From contig OY970282.1 of NCBI GenBank assembly GCA_963715925.1, positions 365,891 to 429,890 on the forward strand: DNA of 64,000 bases. Direction: 5' to 3'. This stretch comes from an uncultured Solirubrobacterales bacterium. GTDB lineage: Bacteria > Actinomycetota > Thermoleophilia > Solirubrobacterales > Solirubrobacteraceae. Position numbers and translations under genes: made by a program. Numbering within the stretch: the first letter of the stretch is position 1; the number at the start of each line of letters is the position of its first letter. The notes beneath the pieces were generated by a model. The model searched no databases. It saw nothing but the letters and a program-made list of their open reading frames with translations, and was not told where the DNA came from. Of this stretch, positions 47,909-57,547 are shown one piece after another.

Positions 47909-48006
47909 GGAATCTTGGACGCGGTGCGTAGCGGGGACCGCGGCGGACGACCGCGCGGGAATCTTGGACGCGGTACCTAGCGGCGTCTGCGGCGGACGAC
48001 CGCGCG
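47909..48006. repeat. 49-bp imperfect tandem duplication downstream of the MoaD/CysO gene
   Basis: GGAATCTTGGACGCGGT...GCGGCGGACGACCGCGCG starts at 47909 and 47958. Confidence 0.85.
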
Positions 48007-48282
48007 CTAACGCCCGCCGGCCATCGCCGGCAGGATCACCAAGGTGTCGCTGTCGCCCACAGCCGTGTCGAGGCCGTCGAGCACGCGCACGTCCTCGTCG
48101 TTGAGGTAAACGTTGACGTAGCGGTTGAGCTCGCCCTCCGTGGAGAACAGCTGGCTACGGGTGGCGGGGTAACTGGAGGCGAGGTCGCGCAGCACGTCGC
48201 CGACGTTCTCGCCGGAGGCGCTCACCTGCTTCTCGCCGCCCACTGAGGCGCGCAGAACCGGGGGGATCTTGATCGTGGCCAT
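48007..48282 (-). CDS. MoaD/ThiS/CysO ubiquitin-like sulfur carrier
   Basis: IKIPPVLR, RYVNVYLNDEDVR, C-terminal AMAGGR (GG plus one residue, as trimmed by JAB proteases). Confidence 0.9.
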   Translation of the reverse strand: MATIKIPPVLRASVGGEKQVSASGENVGDVLRDLASSYPATRSQLFSTEGELNRYVNVYLNDEDVRVLDGLDTAVGDSDTLVILPAMAGGR

Positions 48283-48301
48283 CGGCCGTGCAGCCTAGCG
48301 C

Positions 48302-49483
48302 CTAGCCAGCGGCCGCGCAGAACGCCTCGTAGTCGGGAAACACGCCGAGCTCCTCGTCGCGGATCTCATCCGGCGCGCGCGAGCAGATCGGGCACTCGGG
48401 GTCGCGGTGGACCTTGACCTCAGTGAGCGTCGCCCCCAACGCGTCGTAGAGCAAGAGGCGCCCGATCGCGGGCTCGCCGATGCCGAGCAGGAGCTTGACC
48501 ACCTCGGTGGCCTGCAGCAGGCCCATCGTGCCCGGCAGCACGCCCAGCACGCCGTTGGCTCCGCAGGAGGGCGCGAGCTCCGCGGGCGGGGGCTCGCGGA
48601 ACAGGCAGCGGTAGCAGGGGCCCTCGTAGGGCTTGAACACCGACAGCTGCCCGTCGAAGCCGAGGATCGAGGCGGAGACGACGGGGATCTGCAGGCGCAC
48701 GGTGGCGTCGTTGAGCAGGTAGCGCGTGGGGAAGTTGTCGACGCCGTCGACGATCACGTCCCACCCCTCGATGATCTCCATGATGTTCTGAGCATCCAGG
48801 CGGACGGGGTACTTGACGACCTTCACGTCGGGGTTCAGACCGTGGATCGTCTCCTCGGCGGAGTCCACCTTGGGGATGCCGATCCGCTGGGTGGAGTGGA
48901 TCACCTGGCGCTGGAGGTTGGAGAGGTCGACCTCGTCGTCGTCCACGATCCCCAGCGTGCCCACGCCGGCGGCGGCCAGGTACAGCGCGGTGGGAGAGCC
49001 GAGGCCTCCGGCGCCGAGCAGCAGGACCTTGGCGTCGAGCAGCTTCTGCTGGCCCTCGGCGCCGATCTCCGGGATCAGCAGGTGGCGCGAGTAGCGCTCG
49101 CGCTGCTCGGCGGAGAGGGCGCGCGGGATCTCGACCTCGTAGCCACGGTCCTTCCACAGCGTGATCCCGCCGGTCATCGAGCGCACGCGCTCGTAGCCCA
49201 TGTCCTCGCTCAGCGTGCGCGCCGCATAGGCCGAGCGGGCGCCGGAGGCGCAGTAGAGGATCACCTCGGCGGAGCGGTCCGGCACCGCGCTCTCGATGCG
49301 CGACTCCAGATGGCCCCGCGGGATGCTCTTCGCGCCGGGGAGGTGCCCGGTGGCGAACTCTTCGCTGCCACGTACATCCACGATCGCCACGCCCTCTCCG
49401 ATCAGCTCCTTGACCTCGGAGGGGTCGACCTCATCGATGCGGCTCTTGATCTGGCGGAGCAGCTCCGCTGAGGACACGCTCAT
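48302..49483 (-). CDS. moeB: Rhodanese-ThiF/MoeB sulfur-carrier adenylyltransferase/sulfurtransferase
   Basis: N-terminal rhodanese YCASGARS; RYSRH, GAGGLGS, SNLQRQ, CYRC, CPIC. Confidence 0.92.
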   Translation of the reverse strand: MSVSSAELLRQIKSRIDEVDPSEVKELIGEGVAIVDVRGSEEFATGHLPGAKSIPRGHLESRIESAVPDRSAEVILYCASGARSAYAARTLSEDMGYERVRSMTGGITLWKDRGYEVEIPRALSAEQRERYSRHLLIPEIGAEGQQKLLDAKVLLLGAGGLGSPTALYLAAAGVGTLGIVDDDEVDLSNLQRQVIHSTQRIGIPKVDSAEETIHGLNPDVKVVKYPVRLDAQNIMEIIEGWDVIVDGVDNFPTRYLLNDATVRLQIPVVSASILGFDGQLSVFKPYEGPCYRCLFREPPPAELAPSCGANGVLGVLPGTMGLLQATEVVKLLLGIGEPAIGRLLLYDALGATLTEVKVHRDPECPICSRAPDEIRDEELGVFPDYEAFCAAAG

Positions 49484-49487
49484 CTGG

Positions 49488-49554
49488 AAACTCCCGAACG
49501 TTGGTCGGATTTCATGGACTTCAGAAAGTATAGCGCCGATGTGACGTGATTCAA
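49488..49554 (-). promoter_or_regulatory. Sigma70-type promoter plus candidate Rrf2 operator for moeB-cysO
   Basis: On -: TTGAAT (49554-49549)-N16-TATACT (49532-49527), then the imperfect palindrome AAATCCGACC-AACGT-TCGGGAGTTT (49512-49488). Confidence 0.5.
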
Positions 49555-49557
49555 AGC

Positions 49558-50946
49558 CTACGCCCACCGCTGCCGGCGCCCGCCGAGCCAGGTCTCGATC
49601 ACCTGCAGCTCGTGCAGCCGTTCGGGGGCCACCTCGCGGGGATCGCGGTCGAGCACTACCAGGTCGGCGAGCATCCCGGGGCGCAGCGAGCCGACGCGGT
49701 CGCCGAGCAGAACTTGGCGGGCGGGATTGCAGGTGACGGTGCGCAGCGCCTCGTTGAGCTTCAGCTGCTGGAAGGGCCCGAGCACGTCGTCGCTGTCCTG
49801 CATCAGGCGGGTCGTCGCGGTGCGCAAGACCAGGCACGGATCGAGCGGGAAGGCGGGCGAGTCGCTGTGACAGGAGCTGAGGAGGCCGTGCTCGAGATCC
49901 CGGCGCAGCGAGTGCATCAGCGCAGCGCGCTCAGAGTCGAGCACGTGGTCGCGGAAGCTTTCCCCCCGGTAGTAGACCTGGTTGATCGTGTGGCTCACCG
50001 AGAGGCCGAGCTCGGCGGCCTTAGCGATCTGCTCGTCGCGGGCGACCGTGAAGTGCTCGATGCGGTGAGGCGTTCGCGCGGGGGGATCCTCTGCGAGGAC
50101 CGCCTCGTAGCAGCCCAACACCTGCTCGACGGCACGGTCGCCGGTGGCGTGCGCCACCAGCTGCCACCCGGCGCGGTGCCACCCGCGCAGCGCCTCGCGC
50201 AGCTCGGCCTCCTCGTGGTTGAGCCTCCCGGTCCCGTGCCCGTTCAGGTAGGGCTCGCCCAGCGCCGCTGCGTAATCCTCGATCGAGCCATCCACCCAGT
50301 AGGCGATCCCGACCACGTCGTAGCGCTCATCCCCGCCCCCGGGGGCCGCCTTGAGCGAGGTGGCGAGCTCGGGGGTGAACGCCCCGCGCACGCGGACCGG
50401 GGCGTCGGGGGCACGAGCGAGCGAGCGCAGCAGCTCGTGCTCGGCCGCGCCCGCCAGGAGACCGATCCCGGGGTCGTAGACGGTGGTGCAGCCGCGCACG
50501 GCGCACTCGCGCAGCGCGCTGGCGCCCAGCTCCGCGAGGCGCTCGGGAGCGTCATTGAAGAGGTCGGCCCTGTCCGCCTGCAGGCCGGCGGCCGCCAGCG
50601 CGCTCTTCAGCACGTGCACATGCGGCTCCACGAACCCCGGCAGCACCGCGTGCCCTTCGAGGTCGACGATCTCGGTGCCGGGGGTGTAGTGACGTTTGAC
50701 CTCCGTGAGGGAGCCCACCCCGAGGATCGTGGAGCCGCGAATCGCAAGCGCCTCGCCGACCGGATTGGCGTCGTCGACGGTGAGGATCGGCCCGCCGCGT
50801 AAGATCACCGCGCGCTCGGGATCGGTTGCGCGCGCGAGCCCCGCGCCGTCAGCGGGCGCCACCGCAGGAGCGTATGTCGGGACCGTCAGGTTGGCCAACA
50901 CGCCGTGCGCGAGCGCAGCGACGCCAGGCCAGCACGCGACGCGCAT
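49558..50946 (-). CDS. Amidohydrolase (Amidohydro_3/YtcJ-like)
   Basis: PGFVEPHVH, AHATGDRA, HRIEH, HSDSP, LRPGMLADLVVLD. Start uncertain. Confidence 0.85.
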   Translation of the reverse strand: MRVACWPGVAALAHGVLANLTVPTYAPAVAPADGAGLARATDPERAVILRGGPILTVDDANPVGEALAIRGSTILGVGSLTEVKRHYTPGTEIVDLEGHAVLPGFVEPHVHVLKSALAAAGLQADRADLFNDAPERLAELGASALRECAVRGCTTVYDPGIGLLAGAAEHELLRSLARAPDAPVRVRGAFTPELATSLKAAPGGGDERYDVVGIAYWVDGSIEDYAAALGEPYLNGHGTGRLNHEEAELREALRGWHRAGWQLVAHATGDRAVEQVLGCYEAVLAEDPPARTPHRIEHFTVARDEQIAKAAELGLSVSHTINQVYYRGESFRDHVLDSERAALMHSLRRDLEHGLLSSCHSDSPAFPLDPCLVLRTATTRLMQDSDDVLGPFQQLKLNEALRTVTCNPARQVLLGDRVGSLRPGMLADLVVLDRDPREVAPERLHELQVIETWLGGRRQRWA

Positions 50947-51065
50947 CGTTGGAGCACCTCTTCCGTGAGCCAGTCTGCCAGGGGCGCCCAACAATACCGT
51001 GCAGCGGGTTACACAACCTCGCCCGCCGCGAGTGAGCGTTCGTCTCCTACGCTCCATGCTGCTTT

Positions 51066-51755
51066 ATGCGTCCGCAACCCCGCCTTCGGCTCACTCCCGC
51101 CTCAGAACGTTCAAGACCCGGGTCCCTCGCCGTCGCGCTCGCCGCGGCGGCGCTGGCGCTCGCGGGGCTGGCGGGGTGCTCTTCCTCGGCCCGGCCAGGC
51201 GACGGCACGGGGGATGCCTCCACCGACACTGCCTCGGTGGGCGCCTCCTCGGCCACCGGGTTCGACGGAGCGCTGCTGCCGGGCAACCTGCGCCCGCGCG
51301 AGTTCACACTCACCGACCAGTACGGGCGGCGCGTCTCACTGCACGACTTCCGCGGGCAGGTGGCGATCCTCACGTTCCTGTACACCGCCTCGAGGACCAC
51401 CGCGCCGCTGATCGCCCAGCAGATCCGGGGTGCCCTGGACGAACTTCCCCGCGGCGTGCCTGCGCTCGCGGTCAGCGTCGACCCCGTCGGGGACACACCC
51501 GCGCGCGTGCGGGTGTTCCTGCGTGAGAACTCTCTCACCGGACGCCTCGAGTACCTCACGGGCACCCTCGCCCAGCTGCGCGCGGTGTGGCGCGCCTACG
51601 CGGTCGTGCCCGCCAGCGCCGGTGCAGTTGCCTACGAACGCTCCGCGTTGGTGGTGCTGCTCGACAGGGCCGGAGCGGAGCGTGTGGACTTCCCCGTGGA
51701 AGAGCTCACCCCCGAAGCGCTCGCGCACGACATCCGCAGGCTCCAGAGCGAATAA
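51066..51755 (+). CDS. SCO1/SenC-family lipoprotein lacking copper ligands
   Basis: Lipobox LAGC. FTLTDQYG...TFLYT, AVSVDPVGDT, YLTG. CxxxC replaced by SRTTA. Confidence 0.75.
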   Translation: MRPQPRLRLTPASERSRPGSLAVALAAAALALAGLAGCSSSARPGDGTGDASTDTASVGASSATGFDGALLPGNLRPREFTLTDQYGRRVSLHDFRGQVAILTFLYTASRTTAPLIAQQIRGALDELPRGVPALAVSVDPVGDTPARVRVFLRENSLTGRLEYLTGTLAQLRAVWRAYAVVPASAGAVAYERSALVVLLDRAGAERVDFPVEELTPEALAHDIRRLQSE

Positions 51756-51764
51756 CGACCCCTG

Positions 51765-51788
51765 ATATCCTACCGGGGAGGTAGGTAT
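51765..51788. promoter_or_regulatory. Palindromic operator upstream of rrf2-sufC-sufD
   Basis: ATATCCTACC-GGGGA-GGTAGGTAT. Rrf2/IscR proteins typically autoregulate at such palindromes. Confidence 0.65.
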
Positions 51789-51875
51789 TCGTCCTTTATG
51801 GGTGAGGGGAGCTGGTGGCGCTGTGAGAAGTTTGATCGACATCGCGGGAGGGCCTGCCCTCCCCTCGCTGAAGCG

Positions 51876-52397
51876 ATGATGTTCTCGACCAAGGCCGAGT
51901 ACGGCGTGCGCGTAATGGTCGCCCTGGCGCAGCGGGCGGCGCAAAGCCCCGCGGGCGAGGAGCCGGTCGTGCCGCTCGCGGAGATCGCCGAGCGCGACGG
52001 GCTGCCGCTGGCCTACCTAGAGCACCTGGTGGCGCGACTGCGCAAGGCGGAGCTGATCGAGAGCCGGCGGGGCTCGCGCGGGGGATATATGCTCGCACGC
52101 GCGCCGCAGGAGATCACGATGGCCGAAGTGGTCGAGGCACTCGAGGGGTCGATCGCGCCGATCGAGTGCATCTCGCAGGGCCCGGACGGGAGCATCGTGT
52201 GCTCGCGCGAGTCCGATCCTAACCATGTCTGCCCAACCAAGCTGCTGTGGACACGGGTGCGCTTCGCGATCGTGAGCACCCTGATGCAGACCACGCTCGC
52301 CGATCTGCTGCCGGCCGAAACGGGGATGCCGGCCACAGGCCGGCGTCTACCGGCTTCGGCACCGCTCGCGGCAGAGCCACTGCCGACAATCGCCTGA
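51876..52397 (+). CDS. Rrf2-family Fe-S transcriptional regulator
   Basis: FSTKAEYG, YLEHLV, SRRGSRGGY, three Cys (IEC...VC...VC). Confidence 0.93.
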   Translation: MMFSTKAEYGVRVMVALAQRAAQSPAGEEPVVPLAEIAERDGLPLAYLEHLVARLRKAELIESRRGSRGGYMLARAPQEITMAEVVEALEGSIAPIECISQGPDGSIVCSRESDPNHVCPTKLLWTRVRFAIVSTLMQTTLADLLPAETGMPATGRRLPASAPLAAEPLPTIA

Positions 52398-52409
52398 CCG
52401 AAGGAGACT

Positions 52410-53172
<763 letters not shown>

Positions 53173-53180
<8 letters not shown>

Positions 53181-54654
53181 GGCGGACGCACCGGCGGGCG
53201 GGGCACCGGGCGCGAACGGCGGGGTGGCCGCCGATGCGAGGAGTGCGGTCGCCGCCAAGCCGGGGCGCCACCGCGACGCGACCCTCTACCACGCGCTGCA
53301 CGGGGCAGGGGCCGGCGACGGCCGCACGCTCGCCGAGCTGCGTGAGGCGGCGCTGAGGGCGTACGAGTCGCAGGAGCTGCCGGTGTGGCGGCGCTCGGGC
53401 TTCTGGACGACGAGCTTCGAGGGCCTCGACCTCGACGCGCTGGAGGTGCGCCACCACGCCCCGGCGCGCGCGCACGGCGGGGACGACGACACGGGCGCCG
53501 ACATCGCCGGGGACCCCCTGCCGAAGATCGTGCGCGACACCCTCCCCGAGCGCCCGCGCGCGGGGCGGATCGTGCAGCGCGACGGGACGGTGGTGCACGT
53601 GGAGCTCGACGCGGGGCTGGCCGAGCGCGGGGTGGTCCTCTGCTCCCTGGAGGACGCGGCGCGCGAGCACGCGGAGGTGTTCACACAGTGGTACTCCAAG
53701 CGCCTGACGTATGACCGCCACAAGCTGGAGGCCGCGAACGCGGCGCTGTGGACAGGCGGGGCCTTCCTGCACGTCCCGGCGGGCCTCGCGATCGAGGAGC
53801 CGTTCGAGATCGTGTACGCGATCGACGGCGCCGGCGTGGCGCAGTACGGGCGCACGCTGATCGTGGGCGAGCGCTCGTCTGACTTCCGCGTGCACGAGTA
53901 CGACCTCGCGGGCGACTTCGAGGGCCAGGCGCTGCACGCGGGCGCGTTCGAGATGTACCTCAAGGACGGCGCGCGCTGCCGCCTCGCGCAGGTGCAAGAC
54001 TGGAATCCCGCCCACTCGCGAGGCGAAGTGTTCGACGCCTCGACGCGGTTCGTGGGCGTCGGGCGGGACGCTTACTGCCACTGGCTGCCGGCCCTGCTCG
54101 GGGGCCATCTGGTGCGCCAGCACCTCGAGCTGGCCGTCAGCGAGCCGGGCGGGGACATGGCGTTCCGCGGGGTGTTCTTCGCGCAGGAGCAGGAGCTGCT
54201 GGACGTGTTCGCGGTGGACCTGCACGAGACGGGCCCCTCGGGCGGGGACGTGCACTGGCGCGGCGCCGCGAGCGGCTCCAGCCGCGCGAGCTTCGAGGGG
54301 CTGATCCAGATCGACCCGGGCGCGCAGCAGACCCACACCTACCTGCAGATCCACACGATGATGCTCTCCCCGAAGGCACGCCTGGACGCGATCCCCTCAG
54401 TGCTCGTCTCCGCGGACGACGTGTCGGCCTCGCACGGAGGCACGGTAGGAGAGCTCGACGAGGACGCGATCTTCTACATGCAGAGCCGCGGCCTGGACCG
54501 CGCGAGCGCGGTGCGGGTGATCGTGGAGGGCTTCTTCGAGCCGCTGGTGTCCGAGCTGCGGGACGAGCCGCTCGAAGAGCTGGTGCGCGCGAAGATCGCC
54601 GCGAAGCTGGCGGCCGCGCGCGCGGACATCGAGGCGTACGCGGCGAGCAGGTAG
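53173..54654 (+). CDS. sufD: SufD-type Fe-S assembly protein
   Basis: beta-helix body; DAIPSVLVSADDVSASHGGTVG, FYMQSRGL. Confidence 0.8.
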
Positions 54655-54693
54655 CGCCCCCCGGCCCCCTGCTCAGAGACCTTCCCTACTTCT

Positions 54694-57471
54694 CTAGAAG
54701 CCGCGCTGCTTCCCGGCGTGCTTGCGCCGCTTGGCGTGCCGCTTCCTGGCGTGCTTCTTCTTGACCGCTTTCTTCGGGCAGCCGGTGACCGTGACCTTGG
54801 TGGGCCGGGTGATCGTCGCGCCGTTCTGGGCGATGAATTCAGTCGGCATCTCCAGGTTGCTCTTGCAGAAGCTCCCATGCGCCGCGAGCGCCGAGTACGG
54901 ACCCTGCGGCAGCGTCAATTCGAACAGGCCGATCGGGACATCCGGGATTTCTTCGAACGTGGAGCTCGTGATCCCCGTCGTCGCGCTGATGAACGTCGAG
55001 CCGACCAAGTCGATCCTCACACCCGCGCCCTGCAACACGATCTCTAGCGACGGGAACGCCTGCCCACCATGCGAGACAAAGACCGCGGGCCCCACCAGCG
55101 GGGTACCGAGCACCGGCGTGAGGACCAGCGCGTGCCCCACCACCGACGCCGCCGGGCACGCCGCGGGATCCGTTTCAAACGTCACCGCTAGACACGCCTT
55201 CTGCAAAGTCGTCAACCGCGCCGGCAGCTGCTTGGGGAGTTCGACTTTGACCTTCTCGATGTTCGACTGCGAGCTCGCCTGGTTATGCCCCAGCGCACCC
55301 GCCGGATACACCACCTTCGCGGTCAGGCTCGCGCCATCCGCCCTGGAGTTCCGCCCCGACGTGGAGGCCTGGAAATCGGGGTTGAATACCAGGCTCCGGC
55401 ATGAGCCGACCTGGAAGTGGCTGTACAGCGCGGCGGTTGCGCCTTCGGTGCTGTACGCGGTCCCTGTGAACGCCAGCGGCGCGCAGCTCGTCGGGTTGAA
55501 CATGAATTCCGGCCGGTCGATCACCACATCGATATCGCGGATGTCCGCCGGCACACCGTTCAGGATCGTCGGTAGCGTCGCCGGGTTCGTCGTGATCGTC
55601 AACCGCGAAGTCCGCGGGTCCACTTCGATCCTTGCACGGACCACCACCACACCCAGATTGAACGGGCCCGCGACCACCGGCACCACGATCGCCAGCCCAT
55701 ACGGCGCGCCGTCGTAGGGGCCCGTCAGGTAGATCGGCGCCGGCGGATAACCAGGCTCCGGGACGAACAGCGGGAACGGACCCGGGCCCGCACCGACGAC
55801 CGTGTGCCCGATCTGCGACGCCGCGGGGCACGCACCCTGCGCAGCCTGCGGTTCTTCGCAGGGCGCGACCGTGCTGATCTTCCCCAACAGACCCTCCGGG
55901 GTCTTGAACTGCAAACCCGCGATCCGCTGCTCGCCGTCTTCGCGCTGCAACAGCATCGAGAACCCGGTGTACCCGCCGGCCTGGTCGCTCGTCGCGCCCG
56001 CGGTCAGCGTCGCGGCGAACGGCAGCTGCGTAGCCTGCGAGACACACGCACCGCCACCCACGCCGGCGGTGACCGGGAAGTTATCGGTCGAGTGCACGTC
56101 GGCTACGAACGGTGTGCTCCAGGGCGTGAAGTCTGAGCTGGTGCCGTATACCCCGCACGCGGGGGGCGTCACTAGCGCCGCCTTCGGGCCGCCGGCGAAG
56201 GTGATGTTGACGCTGCTGAGCGGGACCTGCGGCGTTTCAGCGAACGTCGCGGTCACCTGCCCGGTGTGTTCGTTGAGCTGCACGCTACCGACGAGCTTTA
56301 CGTACTGGCCCTCCGCGTAGGCGGAGAGCAGCAGCTTCAGGTTCGGCGGGGAGGATTGCAGCACGTACACGCTGCCTTCGAGCTTTTCCTTCAGCAGCGG
56401 CGTGGAGATCACGTCCGTCCCGACTTTCGAGGACGCCGGGCACGACGGCGGACCGGTCGTCCCGACGCCATCTTCGGAGAACTGGCAAGCCGCTAGCCCC
56501 GCCGCCGTACCGGGGTTGACCGTGACTCCTTCCGGGAGGACCACCGTCGTCGTCTTGATATCTGACTGCGACACGCCGACCGGGTCCGTGATGCCTTCCT
56601 GGGGCTCTTTCAATTCGACTGAGAGCCCGGTCGGGGTTTCCGCGTCGGCGGAGCCCGGCGTGACCGCGATCGACGGCGTGAAGCGCAGGTGTTCGCAGCC
56701 CGTGAACCCGAACGGCAGCCCTTCGCTTTCGCTCGGGAAGCTGACTTCTGAGAGTTCCGTTTCGTGGCCCCAGGCATCCCCGGTCGCGGTGGTCGTCACT
56801 GGCCCTCCGCACGACGTCGGCATCGTCCAGAAGGGTTTCCCGTCCGGGAACCCCCAGACGCGGACGAGGAAGTGGACGAACTCAAATTCGGGGATGTTGG
56901 GGACCCTCACCGTGATCCCATAATCGCCGTTGGTGCGCGCCGCCGTATTGAAGAACGTCCTGATGCCTTTGAAGACGACGCCGAGCTGCGCCGGCTGGTT
57001 GGCGGGAGGAACCAAGTTCCACAGGGCAAGCGTCGGTTCGGTGATTTCCGCGATGTGCACGGTGACGGTACCGACCTGTGAGTCGGGGGGACAGTCGCCC
57101 TCTTCGCCCAGGTCGAGCTGTTCGCGGGTGCACTGCGGCAGCGTGTCGGGGGCGGCGACCAGGCCCACCGGCAGGTTCGTCACGACTTCCCTGACCTCCC
57201 CGACCGGTTTTTCGTTTTCCGGCTCGTGGGTCTTGAAGTAGATGTTGAAGGTCGCTTCGCTGGGGTGCGAGCCCGCCTGCGAATCGACCGATCCGTCCGC
57301 GTTAGTGAATGTGCTCTGGAAGCCTGTGAACCCGAACCCCAACGGCGTGAGCGTGATCGCCGCGCTGGCGCCGCTCGCCGCCACCGCCGAGGCGCCCACC
57401 GCGAGCAGGGCCGCGGCCGCCGCCGCGTATACCCTGCGCCGTCCCGCACGCACCCGCGGGATTGCGCTCAT
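54694..57471 (-). CDS. Large secreted Cys-rich repeat protein, family A (about 925 aa), basic tail
   Basis: Signal peptide; QAGSHP, CPASSKVG, YLTGPYDGAPYG, FNPTSC, RLTTLQKAC; tail KKKHARKRHAKRRKH. Confidence 0.8.
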   Translation of the reverse strand: MSAIPRVRAGRRRVYAAAAAALLAVGASAVAASGASAAITLTPLGFGFTGFQSTFTNADGSVDSQAGSHPSEATFNIYFKTHEPENEKPVGEVREVVTNLPVGLVAAPDTLPQCTREQLDLGEEGDCPPDSQVGTVTVHIAEITEPTLALWNLVPPANQPAQLGVVFKGIRTFFNTAARTNGDYGITVRVPNIPEFEFVHFLVRVWGFPDGKPFWTMPTSCGGPVTTTATGDAWGHETELSEVSFPSESEGLPFGFTGCEHLRFTPSIAVTPGSADAETPTGLSVELKEPQEGITDPVGVSQSDIKTTTVVLPEGVTVNPGTAAGLAACQFSEDGVGTTGPPSCPASSKVGTDVISTPLLKEKLEGSVYVLQSSPPNLKLLLSAYAEGQYVKLVGSVQLNEHTGQVTATFAETPQVPLSSVNITFAGGPKAALVTPPACGVYGTSSDFTPWSTPFVADVHSTDNFPVTAGVGGGACVSQATQLPFAATLTAGATSDQAGGYTGFSMLLQREDGEQRIAGLQFKTPEGLLGKISTVAPCEEPQAAQGACPAASQIGHTVVGAGPGPFPLFVPEPGYPPAPIYLTGPYDGAPYGLAIVVPVVAGPFNLGVVVVRARIEVDPRTSRLTITTNPATLPTILNGVPADIRDIDVVIDRPEFMFNPTSCAPLAFTGTAYSTEGATAALYSHFQVGSCRSLVFNPDFQASTSGRNSRADGASLTAKVVYPAGALGHNQASSQSNIEKVKVELPKQLPARLTTLQKACLAVTFETDPAACPAASVVGHALVLTPVLGTPLVGPAVFVSHGGQAFPSLEIVLQGAGVRIDLVGSTFISATTGITSSTFEEIPDVPIGLFELTLPQGPYSALAAHGSFCKSNLEMPTEFIAQNGATITRPTKVTVTGCPKKAVKKKHARKRHAKRRKHAGKQRGF

Positions 57472-57547
57472 GACCGACCCACCCTTCCGGCTTGCAAGCC
57501 CGGCTCCGCTCATGACCGCTCACCCTTCCGGCTTGCAAGCCCGGCTC
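57466..57547. repeat. About 42-bp duplication of the family B-to-A gene junction
   Basis: GCTCATGACCG...CACCCTTCCGGCTTGCAAGCCCGGCTC at 57466 and 57508. Confidence 0.85.
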
